Below are positions 28,707 to 40,373 of a stretch of 64,000 bases of DNA, piece after piece. The DNA comes from Octopus vulgaris. Its lineage: Eukaryota. Under the pieces are notes generated by a model that saw nothing but the letters and a program-made list of their open reading frames with translations, had not been told where the DNA came from and did not search any database. The DNA lies in the NCBI GenBank assembly GCA_951406725.2, contig OX597821.1, positions 56,978,001-57,042,000 on the forward strand, written 5' to 3'. Position 1 is the stretch's first letter, and every line of letters starts with the position of its first letter. Both the position numbers and the translations under genes were made by a program.

Positions 28707-29045
28707 GTGAAAACAGAACTTGCAAGATTTTGGAGGCACCATACTTTTGATCATAACAGCTCGCACCGAGGTTTACCATTTACCAGTCTTTCGGAATACT
28801 TTGCCAAAACTCGACATTCCATAACTGAGCAGAAAATGACCTGTATTGAGGAATCTCATAAAAAGTTTGACGAATACAGTAGTAAAAAAACGAAAGATAG
28901 TGTGAAGGATCAAACAACATGGCAGATTCCAATAAATGAAGACACGCCATTAAATGAACCAAACAGAGACTCCAAATGCCAAGCAAATGGTCACATGAGC
29001 TTTCCATTGCATGATGATTCAGTTTCACACTCAAAAAAAATATAG
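28707..29045 (+). CDS. Class B1 GPCR terminal coding exon (helix 8 and C-terminal tail)
   Basis: ctttattgcag|GTG AAA ACA GAA...; VKTELARFWRHH continues NYE|V into helix 8 (EVxxExxxxW); open to TAG at 29043-29045. Confidence 0.88.
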   Translation: MKTELARFWRHHTFDHNSSHRGLPFTSLSEYFAKTRHSITEQKMTCIEESHKKFDEYSSKKTKDSVKDQTTWQIPINEDTPLNEPNRDSKCQANGHMSFPLHDDSVSHSKKI

Positions 29046-29658
29046 CCGGAATCAATTTAAGACTCTCAAAAGATATTCACTATTTTCACTTTTTTACGAA
29101 AAAGCTAAATATCTCAATTACACGTCGGCTATTTGTTAACCGCAGAGGAGTTTTCTTCACACAGAAAGCTAATAAGTGGAAATTCTGTAATTGTAAATGT
29201 GGTATATTTATTCTTTTAGAACCCCAGTTGAAACGTTTTAGCATCCCGAGGGACAGAGAGAATATTGATAACGAAAAATATTTTTCTTAAACCCATTGAC
29301 TTTGAATATTATCATCATAAAGGAACGCCAAATGATTGATACCGCCAGGATTCTATGGAACAATTCAATCTCACCGATTGCATAATAACATATATATGTG
29401 TTTATAGTAAAAACTATTTACATTTAGTTCCCAATACAATTTTAAATTCATTCTTAATTCAGACAATATTGTTTCGATTTTTGTGTATCTATTGATATTT
29501 GCAGTGTTCTATAAAGTCACATTCAGATACTTTATATTAACTTGACTAACAATACAAATCAGTATGAGTGATCTTGTGTAATATTGTTGTTGTGTAAATA
29601 CGATATCATGCTTAGGTAAATCTATTTTAAATGATACTTGCGACACTGAAGAGGATTT

Positions 29659-29664
29659 AATAAA
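29659..29664 (+). promoter_or_regulatory. Candidate polyadenylation signal of the GPCR gene
   Basis: AATAAA about 610 nt after the stop, at the end of the unique AT-rich stretch before repeats resume. Confidence 0.4.
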
Positions 29665-29812
29665 TATGTGGTTTTAAAGTATAAACATAAGTACATTACG
29701 AGGATTATTGATATCTATACACACATATAAATATGGATATATGTAGATATACACATATACACATACACACACGCATACATACGCACATACACATACACAC
29801 ATATATATATAT

Positions 29813-29858
<46 letters not shown>

Positions 29859-29959
29859 CAAAAAAACATCCGGACAGTTAGACGATACAAAAAAAGGGCG
29901 GGGGGAAAAACACGGATGGGTGGGTCATTAAGAGCTTTCTATCCTCGTCTTTGTAGTTT

Positions 29960-30579
29960 ACCTTATTGCCAACCACCAGCCGAGTATACGTATGGAGACA
30001 GCCAAAAGAAGCATTTGACCCAGACTGCCTTCTTCAAGCTTTTAAACATGGAGGAGGGTCTGTGATGATCTGGGGGTTATATCTTGGAAATCCGCTGGCC
30101 CAATGGTTTCCCTTCATGGGAGAATTAATAGTCAAGACTAATCAAACATTTTATCTGATTAAATTCATCCTAAGGTTGCAGAACTGTTTCCAGAGGAAAA
30201 CGCAATCTCTCAGGATGATAATGCACCAATTCACACAGTTAAATTTGTTACTGAATGGGGCCAGGAACATTCTAGTGAAGTTGAACATCTTATCTGGCCA
30301 CCACAGTTCCTAGATCTCAATATTATTGAACATTAGTGGAGCATTTTAGAAAAACAAGTAAGGAGCGAGTCGATATCATCCACCATCATCACTACAAGGA
30401 TTGGAGACTGTTTTAGATGAAGAGTAGACAAAAATTCCTTTGGAAACAATTCAAATTTTGTACGAGTCCATACCTCGTAGAATTCAAGCTGTAATTACTA
30501 CCAAAGGCGATCTTTCCCATATTAAATTAAATTTGTTTGAAATTTTAAGGTGTTTCCATTATTTTGTCCAACCTCTGTA
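29960..30579 (+). mobile_element. Tc1-like transposon, 3' fragment
   Basis: RVYVWRQPKEAFDPDCL..FKHGGGSVMIWG, QDDNAPIH, WPPQFLDLNIIEH; probable TIR ending ccattattttgtccaacctctg-TA. Confidence 0.85.
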
Positions 30580-30604
30580 TGTATGTGTGTGTGTGTTTGT
30601 GTGT

Positions 30605-30644
<40 letters not shown>

Positions 30645-30649
30645 ACATT

Positions 30650-30982
30650 AAGGAGCACTCCGTTGGTTACGAAGACGAAGGTCCCAGCTGATACGATCAA
30701 CGAAACAGCCCGCTCGTGAAATTAACGTGCAAGAGGTTGAGCATTCCATAGACATGTGTACCCTTAATGCAGTTCCCAAAGAGATTCAACGTGACACAGA
30801 GTATGACAAGGCTGGCTCTTTGAAATACAGGAACTGCTTACTCATTTTTGACTGCTGAGTGGGCTGGGACAACGTGAAAATAAAGTGTCATGCTCAAGGG
30901 CACAACGCATCACCGGGAATTGAACTCACGACACCTTTCAATCGTGAGCCGAATATCTTAACCACTAAGCCACGCGCCTTCA
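30650..30982 (-). mobile_element. SINE family D
   Basis: Minus strand gcgcgtggcttagtggttaag...gtgagttcaattcccgg (A/B boxes). Confidence 0.75.
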
Positions 30983-30990
30983 CACACATA

Positions 30991-31083
<93 letters not shown>

Positions 31084-31135
31084 TAAACATACTGGGAGAA
31101 AGGAAAGAAACGAAACGACACGAGGGCGCTCAGTC

Positions 31136-31615
31136 ATACAATAATGTAATAAATAAAATATATGCATACATACATACATATATGTACGTACCTACATCTA
31201 CATGTATATATACATGCATATATAAATATATATATGTGAGTACAGGACACCACAAATAGACGTAGAACTCAACGAGAAACGAAAACATAAAATCAAGGGA
31301 ACGGACTTTTTTTTAACAACGAAAAAACAGAACATAGGACAAATAACACAAGGAACATTCCCCTTCATCAGCTGTCCCCGGTTCGATTCCATGCGTGTTT
31401 CGAAGGTAAGGACAGAACACGCTCGACGGACCGATCCTTCCTTCGAGGGAATTAAATAAAATTCCCTTGCAGAGGGGTAAAAACAAGGAAAGAAAAAAAT
31501 GTGACAAGAACAGGACGTAAAAGCAATACAAATAAAAATACGAATACAAAATAAAAATACAAATATAAAAAATACAGTACACATAAAGAATAAAAACAGG
31601 ACAAAAAAACAAACA
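31136..31615 (-). mobile_element. pLTR/retrozyme-like repeat, copy 2, with permuted HHR
   Basis: Reverse-complement homology to 24760-25125. Confidence 0.75.
31360..31422 (-). ncRNA. Candidate non-circularly permuted hammerhead ribozyme, copy 2
   Basis: Minus strand GCGUGU-U-CUGUCC-UU-ACCUUC-GAAACACGC-AUGGAAUCGAACCGG-GGACAG-CUGAUGA-AGGGG. Confidence 0.62.
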
Positions 31616-31739
31616 TTTTAGGTGGTTTCGGTCAAAAAATACTCACAACGCCCGGTCTAGGAATCGAAACCGCGATCCTACGACCGCGAGTCCACATACA
31701 TACATATATACATACATACATACATATACACATATATAT

Positions 31740-34026
31740 ATGGAAAACCCTTCGGTTTTCTTCTTGGAAAACCCTTCGGTAAGTCTGATCTGTCCAACTA
31801 GGTCGGACATCGGCCGACTTAGTAAATCTATCTTGGATACTGTTCTACCCCAAATAACCCCTCTTCTCCCCTTAAACCTATGGCTAAGTACCGATGAAGT
31901 TCTAAAATGGTTTAACTCTCTAACTAATACTAGTAGTCTGTCCTTTATTCAGTTCGATATTAATAGTTAATAGTTATTACTCTAGCATTTCCCCTATCTT
32001 ACTCAACAAATCACTAATATTTGCCATGAATCGCTCCCTCATATCTAGAGAAGAAATCAATATTGTGCTACTAGCTAGGAAGACATTTATAGAATTTGAA
32101 GATAAATTATGGACTAGAGCAGATACACCTAATTTTTTTGATATACCAATGGGTTCCAGTGATTCGGCTGAGGTAACCAATCTAGTAGGCGCATATCTAT
32201 TAAAATGCATAAGCAAGGATATCCCAGAATTACAGGGGGGTCTATATAGGGATGATGCTCTGTTTGTTATCCCTAGTAATAATAAATCTGTTATAGAAAG
32301 GATTAGAAAGAAAATTAATAAGTTCTTTAGGGATTTCAACCTCAGTATAACGTATGAACCGGGCACTAAAATAGTTAATTTCCTAGATATTACGCTAGAC
32401 CTTAACTCCAAGCTACATTACCCATTTAGAAAGGAAGGCGAAATCACGAATTACGTAAATAAATTATCAAATCATCCCCCAAATATTATAGAATCTTTAG
32501 TAAGAAATATTTCATTAAGAATTTCAAAATTATCATCCAATAAGGATATTTTTAACTCCCATTCTGAGCATTATAATGCGGCGTTAACTAAGGCTGGATA
32601 CAACCAAAAGATTACATTCGTTGATAAGGGGAACTCACGTATTCCTAATAATGAAGTTATCAATAATCACGTAAGCAGCAATAAAGACCAAGCCCGAAAT
32701 AATAGTAGAATTAAACTAACGGTAAACGCTAATCTAGCGTACAGGCCCAACAATTCAAATAGAAACATTGACCAGAACATAGGTAACTCGGATAATATTG
32801 AAGTAGATAAACCTAAGATGCACACAAATAAAAATAAAAATAATGGTAATAAATACAATAACTCCGGTGAGATGAATAGTAATAATTCTACGAACCCTAA
32901 ATTTAATAAAAAAGATATATTATGGCTGAATATTCCTTTCAACTGTGCGATACAATCGGATATACAGAACAAATTCAAAGTGATTCTGGAAAAAAATTTC
33001 CCTATCTCTCATAGATATCATAGAATTATTTCTAGGAAAACAGTTAGGATTTCTTATTCAACCCTCCCAAATATGTCCACTTTAATAGCTAAGATTAATA
33101 ATAACAACATTAAACTAGCCAGGAAAGATAGAAATAAAAATAATAATATCAGCATGAATACCAATAGCAATTGTAATAATACTACCAACAATAAAAACAG
33201 CAATAGTAACTATCAAAACATAGGTGAAATTAGTAACCACAGAATGACTAATAACATTAACATTAATAGTAATAATAGCAATGCCGATATTAATAGAAGT
33301 AATAATGTTAATAATAGAAATAATAGAAATAGGGATAATAGAGAAAATAAGGAGAATGAAAATATTAGTGATATCTATAACAACAATATGCAGTCGGATA
33401 AAAAGACTAGCAATAATATTAACATTACCAATAATATAAGAAATCATGGTAGGACTTTAGATCTAAATGATGAAACAGAAGGATCAAGAAATAATAGCAA
33501 TACTTTAGATATCAGCACCAACTATAGAAATGATAATCAAAATAATAGGAACCTAAAACATCTACCCAAGAATAATCCAAAGCCTGAAGGTGTTCCTCCT
33601 GTGTGTAAGTGTAGAATAAAATCAAAATGCCCGGCACCTGGTCTATGTGGGGAAAATAATGTAATCTATAAATGTACCATATCCACGGAGAATAACAAAT
33701 ATTGTTACATTGGATGTACAATTAATTTTTTAGCCAGAGTTAGAAATCACATCTCGACTTTTAAATTACGTCATAAAGCTGGTACCACCACACTTTCAAA
33801 CAAAATCTGGGAACTCAAAAATAATAATAAAAATTATAACCTTAATTGGGAAATAGTTAGGAGAGCAATTCCGTATAAAAATAGTAGGGTTGGTTGTCAA
33901 CTATGCTCCATGGAGACATATGAAATTCTAAAGCATAGAAAACATAGAAACCTATTGAATAACCATATCGAACTAGGTCAAGTTTGTGTCCACGCTAAAT
34001 TGAAGACTTTAAAATATTTTAAATGA
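31740..34026 (+). pseudogene. Naiad-type PLE RT-GIY-YIG ORF, 5'-truncated, with one frameshift
   Basis: LICPTRSDIGRLSKSILD; FDINS/YYSSI (motif A split by a TAATAGT duplication at 31961-31974); FDIPMGSSDSAEV; GLYRDD; VNFLDITLDL; SNHPP; CKCR..CP..C; VIY..YIG.T..F..R..NH; C.LC..E..LLN..EL..C.H. Confidence 0.9.
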
Positions 34027-35742
34027 TTAGAATATTCGTAACTAGATAGATAGATATAACTTGATTTCTACTGGTATAGCACTGCTTTAAGTAGATAACT
34101 AAGAGTTCTCACACTACAGTTATCTTTTTCCTTATATCTGCATCAGTTTTTTGTGAACAGGGAAATGAATAGCACTTATTCGCTGCTTAATTGAGGCTTT
34201 ATTTAATTTCAAACTCACAATTTTTAAATTCTTAATTTTAAATCTTAATTGTAATTTTTAATTTTAATTCCTAACTTAATCTAATTTAATTAGCATAACT
34301 CTAATTAATTAAAATGAGTTACTATAGACCCATAATTCTATTTCAAAATTAAATAAATAAGGCTATTCCCTCGGTGATAATATGATTATCTTCATTATGA
34401 TAGACAATCCCCTAACACCTTTTAAATGATCTTCTAAGATTTGACCTGTAGTCCGTCAATGTATGAATAATAACGGCAACTCCTTAAGACAATAAAATGA
34501 ATAAATTAAATAAGTAAATTTTAATGACTTTTTGATAAGATTATACCTAGTTTTTCCTAATGTATTTTCTGGTGATTTTAGCATCTGACCTCTAAACCCC
34601 TAACTGTGTTATCTCTTTAGATTCTCTTTAAATTCATAGCTGATTCCAACAGCAATAAATTAGCTGTTTTACTGGTCAAAGAATAATATTCTCCTATAAT
34701 TCCTAGATGCCTGTAAATTAAAACCAGACTTGCCGTCTACTAATTCTTCTGTATAACTAGAACCCTCTTTTTTTTTTTTTTTTTTTTCTTTTTCTTTCTT
34801 CTTTCTTCTTTTTCTTTTTCCCTTCCTTCCCTATTTCTTTCTCTTTTCTCTTTTTTCTTTTTCTTCTTCTTATTCTCTTTTTCCTTTTCTCTTCTCTTTG
34901 AGTCCCCCTCCCCCCCTTTTTGCTCCCTCCTCCTTTATTTTCTCTCTTTTCTTCTATTCCCTTCCCTTTTCTATTCTATACAGCTCTAGAAAGCCCTTCA
35001 GCCTTTAAAAGTTAAATAGCTACAGCCTCTTGTAAATAGCAGTAATGTGATTAATGTGGCAAATACCTAATCATATAACAAGAATTGATACCTACCTCAT
35101 TGTGCTCAACCATTGATAAATTTATCGCCTGTGAATATGAAATTCCTTGGAAATTTACATCTACACCATTGGAAATTGTGCATCTATACAAAGGATTAAT
35201 TCACCCTCTCTGTAATGCTAATAAGCAGGAATTGAAACCCACCTCGTTGTAATTAACAATGGATAAATTTGTCTTCTGTGAGTATGTAATCCCTCATCAT
35301 ATCTCTGGAAATTCATATGTGCACTATGGATTAGGTCACCTCCTCTGTGATGCTATTAAGACTTTTTAAAATTCTGTGATAAGACTGTACATCATCTTTA
35401 AAGAACTTTAATGAACTTTTGAAATCTGTTTATGTTACTTAATTATCTACATTACTTCATGAGTATAGCCTCAACCACTAGGATGTCTAGAGAACTCACA
35501 TGTATTTTAGTTGATGAGTACGGGACACGTTTATATGCTGTAATTTTTGCAACTTTTAATAAAACCTGTCCTTGTATGAAACGATTGTACTAAAAACCTA
35601 TCCATTCTTGTTGCTTCATTCTCGCTTATAATCACCCCACATTACTGTATTGTTAAATCAGTATAGTTTTTTTTGGTGCATCTAAGTTAGGTACCATATT
35701 CAAGTAAATTCATTTAAATTAACTTGAATCTTTATTGCTTTT

Positions 35743-35744
<2 letters not shown>
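31741..35744 (+). mobile_element. 5'-truncated Penelope-like retroelement, Naiad-type, inserted in (TA)n
   Basis: Flanked by (TA)/(TACA) tracts on both sides; RT plus GIY-YIG ORF, about 1.7-kb 3' region and HHR near the 3' end. Confidence 0.9.
35505..35595 (+). ncRNA. Type I hammerhead ribozyme in the PLE 3' region
   Basis: UUUUAG-UUGAUGA-GUACGGGACA...UGUCCUUGUAU-GAAACGAUUGUA-CUAAAA; 6-bp stem I, long stem II, near-palindromic stem III, C3 to U core variant. Confidence 0.75.
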
Positions 35745-35794
<50 letters not shown>

Positions 35795-35798
<4 letters not shown>

Positions 35799-37057
35799 GA
35801 TAAAGAGAACAAAAGCATCCATAGACAATAAGTATCAAGTCAGGTTTATACATATACTAATACAATGTATAGAGAAAAAATGTGTAGCAGAACATATGTA
35901 GCTAGCTCCCTTATCTGTCAGTAATAGTTCAGACACTTGTAAATATTTTAATAGTATACATAAGGATGAGGCAGAAAGTCCTTTGTTTTGATATAACGTA
36001 GTTTGGTAGGTGGATGGAAATTATCACAATTAAACCCGAAGAAATGATAGGAAAAATGTGTGTTGACAGTCCAGAAAGCACCAGTCATAGCCACGTATTA
36101 AACAGCTGATTTCACTCACATCACGTTAGGAATGATTTAACCTCTGATAGATTCAAATAACAAACATCGTGGAAGCTTATCCGATAGGAAGATATGCAAC
36201 TTTTAGCCTAGACGAGGAAAAAATTCGGAGCGCAGGAAATAAGTCGTCTTGAGTTGTAGCAGGCTGGAGTGAAAAGGAAGTAAGGTCGACTCAGTCGTGA
36301 GGGAGATGAGGAGGAGTGAGAGAGAGAGAGATAGAGAGAAAAGGAAACCAGAATGGGGGAAAAATAAGGAGAGAGACAGACAGGAAGGAAGCAAAGGTCA
36401 AGCAAAGGGTTACAGAGTTTCGCGTCATAATTATATATAAAAACATACTGGGAGAAAGGAAAGAAACGAAACGAAACGACGCGAGAGCGCTAATGTTTGT
36501 TGCCACTTGAACATGGTTGTTCCGTACGGATTGACATTGCTACCCTTGCTTAACCCCAGGAGAACACCTTCAACAGCTGGTTAACGACACAACCTGTGTC
36601 CGATATATTGCAAGCAGTGGAACGAACCCCTACCATCTAACGAATTAATGACAGTGTGACTCAACTCCATATGATTTAAAGTTTAAGTCATGGATTTAAG
36701 GCAAACTATTATTAAAATATGTGTAACTCCTACAAATGTGTTAAGGGCCATATATACATACATACGTACATACATACATACATATATCACGTGATCACGT
36801 GACGGACCAGGTTATCAGATGTTGCTACACATCGCTGGTCACAATGCGCTTCGCATTGTTTTAGCCTTCAAATGACGCCACCCCGCTGGCTAAGCGAGCA
36901 GGCCAACAGAAGAAAGAGTGAGAGAAAGTTGTGGCAAAAGAGTACAGCATGGATCGCGCCCCCCCTGCCGGAGCCTTGTGGAATTTTAGGTGGTTTCGGT
37001 CAAAAAACACTCACAACGCCCGGTCTAGGAATCGAAACCGCGGGTCCACATACATAC

Positions 37058-37114
<57 letters not shown>

Positions 37115-37543
37115 GATAAAGAGAACAAAAGCATCCATAGACAATAAGTATCAAGTCAGGTTTATACATATACTAATACAATGTATAGAGAAAAAATGTG
37201 TAGCAGAACATATGTAGCTAGCTCCCTTATCTGTCAGTAATAGTTCAGACACTCGTAAATATTGTAAATATGAGGATGAGGAAGAGACAATTATAAATAT
37301 GAGGATGAGGCAGAAAGTCCTTTGTTTTGATATAACGTAGTTTGGTAGGTGGATGGAAGTTATCACAAGTAAAACCCGAAGAAATGATTGGGAAAATGTG
37401 TGTTGACAGTCCAGAAGGCACCAGTCATAGCCACATATTAAACAGTTGATCTCACTCACATCACGTTAGGAATGATTTAACCTCTGATAGATTCAATTAA
37501 CAAACATCGTGGAAGCTTATCCGATAGGAAGATATGCAACTTT
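35795..37543 (+). repeat. Local direct duplication (35795-36203 and 37091-37543)
   Basis: cagagataaagagaacaaaagcatcc...gatatgcaacttt occurs twice, highly similar apart from an indel. Confidence 0.92.
36788..37050 (-). mobile_element. SINE family C variant, head-truncated
   Basis: cacaacgcccggtctaggaatcgaaaccgcg is the reverse complement of the family C head. Confidence 0.75.
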
Positions 37544-37900
37544 AGGATACCTGATAATTGCCCCTTGAAGAATAACTGTTGTAGCTACGACATAGTTTAT
37601 AAATGTACTGTTCATAACAAGCACCAGAATTCGACTGAACTATACATGATACCACAGTTAACCTTAGCTCATTTGCTTCAACTAAACCCGGGAGATTCAT
37701 CTCATTAGGTAACTACTTACATCACATAAGGAATAAGATTATATCATATTGTATTACTTAGTCTATCATCAATAATAGATGCCATATCAGGGAAAAAATG
37801 CTCCCAGTAACTCATGTTCGAAACAATCCATGCAAATGTTAATGCATAACGCCTATCATCAATTAAATTGCCAGAGAGAAGCTATTACCTTCACAGATTC
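37300..37900 (+). pseudogene. Older, highly decayed Naiad-type PLE linker/GIY-YIG remnant
   Basis: 37535-37620 reads CNFRIPDNCPLKNNCCSYDIVYKCTV, parallel to CKCR..CP..C..NVIYKCT in the upstream element. Confidence 0.6.
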
Positions 37901-38154
37901 TTGAAAACATTCCGATTTTACCATAGACCTAAGGAATCACCTTAGAATCTATCCGCACAAGTATCACCAACACGAAAATTTGGATCTTTGTTCACTATGT
38001 TTCTTATTTCAATAACTTACCACATCCCCAGTTCAAACTTCTTACATTAGGTTATATCTCATCATTATATTTTCACTTACATCTCTCGATATCCTTATTG
38101 GTTATAATATATTTATAAATAAAAATATTTTTTACACTTATTACAATAATACAT

Positions 38155-38286
<132 letters not shown>

Positions 38287-39089
38287 ATAACTTATAAAAT
38301 AAGGGCAAAATAAAAATTCTAATACCAAATATGCCGAAAATAGACAAAAGTGTCAATAACCATTATGATTTATGCGTCTTGAAACAAGCCGAAAGAAATT
38401 TCTAAAAAATTCCGTTATTACCGCATTGGTCCCAATTTCAGAGTTAATTCATAAGAATTTTCCCCTCCTCAGCGATAAATACGTAAGACATAAATGAAAT
38501 ATTCATACTCATGAAAAAAGCAAGCACTAAGTCCCTAGCAGACCTAAGTACCCCAAATATATCCAAAATAGAAATCTTCAGCACATTGATAAATTTTTCT
38601 TTTCGAAAAAATTTTATCCTACATTAGATGTAAATTTAATAGTGTTCACTTGCGGACTCTCTCACTCTGTGAGGGTTTCTAGTTCGAATCCCACGTGTCT
38701 CGAGATGTGCTGAAGATTTTCTATTTTGGATATATTTGGGGTACTTAGGTCTGTTCGGGACTTAGTGCTTGCTTTTTCCATGGGTATGAGTAAGTATTTC
38801 ATTTATGTCTTACGTATTCATCGCTGTGGAGGGGAAAATTCTTATGAATTAACTCTGAAATTGGGACCAATGCGGTAATAACGGAATTGTTTACCAATAT
38901 CTTTCGGCTTGTTTCAAGACGCATAAATTATAATGGTTATTGACAATTTTGTCTATTTTCGGCATTAGAATTTTTCTTTTGCCCTTATTTTATAAGTTAT
39001 TTATAAATTTAACCTTTAAAGGTATTTTTTAATATGCTGGCCATTGATAAAAATGTTTTTTTTTCGAAAAAATTTTTATCCTACTTTAG

Positions 39090-39092
<3 letters not shown>
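38287..39092. repeat. About 300-bp inverted repeat with directly repeated tail; pLTR-like, HHR-like motif in each arm
   Basis: 38287-38586 is the reverse complement of 38705-39000; 38585-38631 recurs at about 39043-39091; flanked by (TA)/(TG) and (TA) tracts. Confidence 0.85.
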
Positions 39093-39165
<73 letters not shown>

Positions 39166-39390
39166 TGTCCCCAAAAAGAAGAACAAACAAAGAAACACAA
39201 CGCAGGACGTGGTACATGTAAAGTATTAGCAGACATTCAGGGAAGGAGGGAAGGAAAGAAATGACTGAAACAAGTAAAAGAGTAAAAGAGTAAAAGAATG
39301 TAAAAAAGTAAGAGGGGATAAAATAAGATGAAATAAAATAAAATAAAATAAAATAAAATAAAATAAAATAAAATAAAACGTTGCTTTTTT

Positions 39391-40360
39391 CTAAAGGAGT
39401 TTGTAGAGACAGTCGTTAAGAGGAGGGAGTTGTGTTGAATCCGGAAGGAATTTGTGTTTGTAGACTGAAATTGTAACGCTGTTCCAGGCGGAGGCATTAG
39501 AGGGAGAGTGGTTGGTCAAGCGGGAATGACGGGCGACGGGATCTCTTAGATGTTCGGTGAACTGTTCAGTCACCCGGCGGCCCGTCTGACCAACGTAGAG
39601 TTTATTGCAGAGATTACGTCCTACGTAATAGATAAGAGGTGCAGGAGAAGAAGTTTCTAATGTGGAGGCTGTGCTGGTTGGATTCAGTGAGGGAGGTGGT
39701 GTTGGTGAGGAAAGGACAGGTGCGGCATCGTGATTGGTGTCACGTATATGCGATGGGAGGGCAGCAACTACAGGGGACAGGATGCGGTCGAGGTATTTTG
39801 AAATGAGTTCCGTGCAGCAATTACAGGCGGAAACAATGGGGCAGCCAGGGTTGTCAGGTTTATGTATTTTGGAGGTACGAGCTACTCTGACGATGAGGTT
39901 GGTGACGGTGGGGTGGAGGGCTGAAGTGGATACGAAGTCATGGATGGTGGAGGACACGCGCTGTTGGTAGGAGGAGGTAGGGTCGGAGGAGAGGAGGCGA
40001 TAGAAGAGGGGATTTCGAAGCTGGTTGAGCGCTTCCTCCCTGTATAGATCCGCGCACCACACCACCACTGCTCCACCATTGTCTGCCGGCTTGATGACGA
40101 TGTCACTGCAGTGACGGCGGTCGCGAAGGGTGATCGATTCAGCCCGAGTGAGGTTGGCCCAGAGGGAAACTGAATAGGTCGACCAGCGCATTGCAACCGT
40201 GCACGAACAAGTCTAGGCTACCGAGCTGGCCTGGAGGCGGAGTCCAGTTGGATGGGTGGCACCCCAGATCCGAGAAGCAATCCCTATTGCTGTGTAGACG
40301 TGTGGAAAAACGTGCGTAGTCTGATGCGGCGCAGGAACTGGCTGATATCGGTGCGGTCCC
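39391..40360 (-). pseudogene. Internally deleted PLE (RT N-terminus fused to GIY-YIG remnant)
   Basis: DIVIKPADNGGAVVVW, KIHKPDNPGCPIVSACNCCTELISKYLD..LPSHIRDT, LYVGQTGRR...EHLR..PVARH, FSLQTQIPSGFN. Confidence 0.85.
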
Positions 40361-40373
40361 AAATATATATATA

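Noticed and set aside
32026-34400. Selenoprotein-type Naiad (in-frame UGA plus SECIS)
   Set aside because: No internal TGA in the ORF; the TGA follows the normal C-terminal C.H motif; no SECIS recognised by eye
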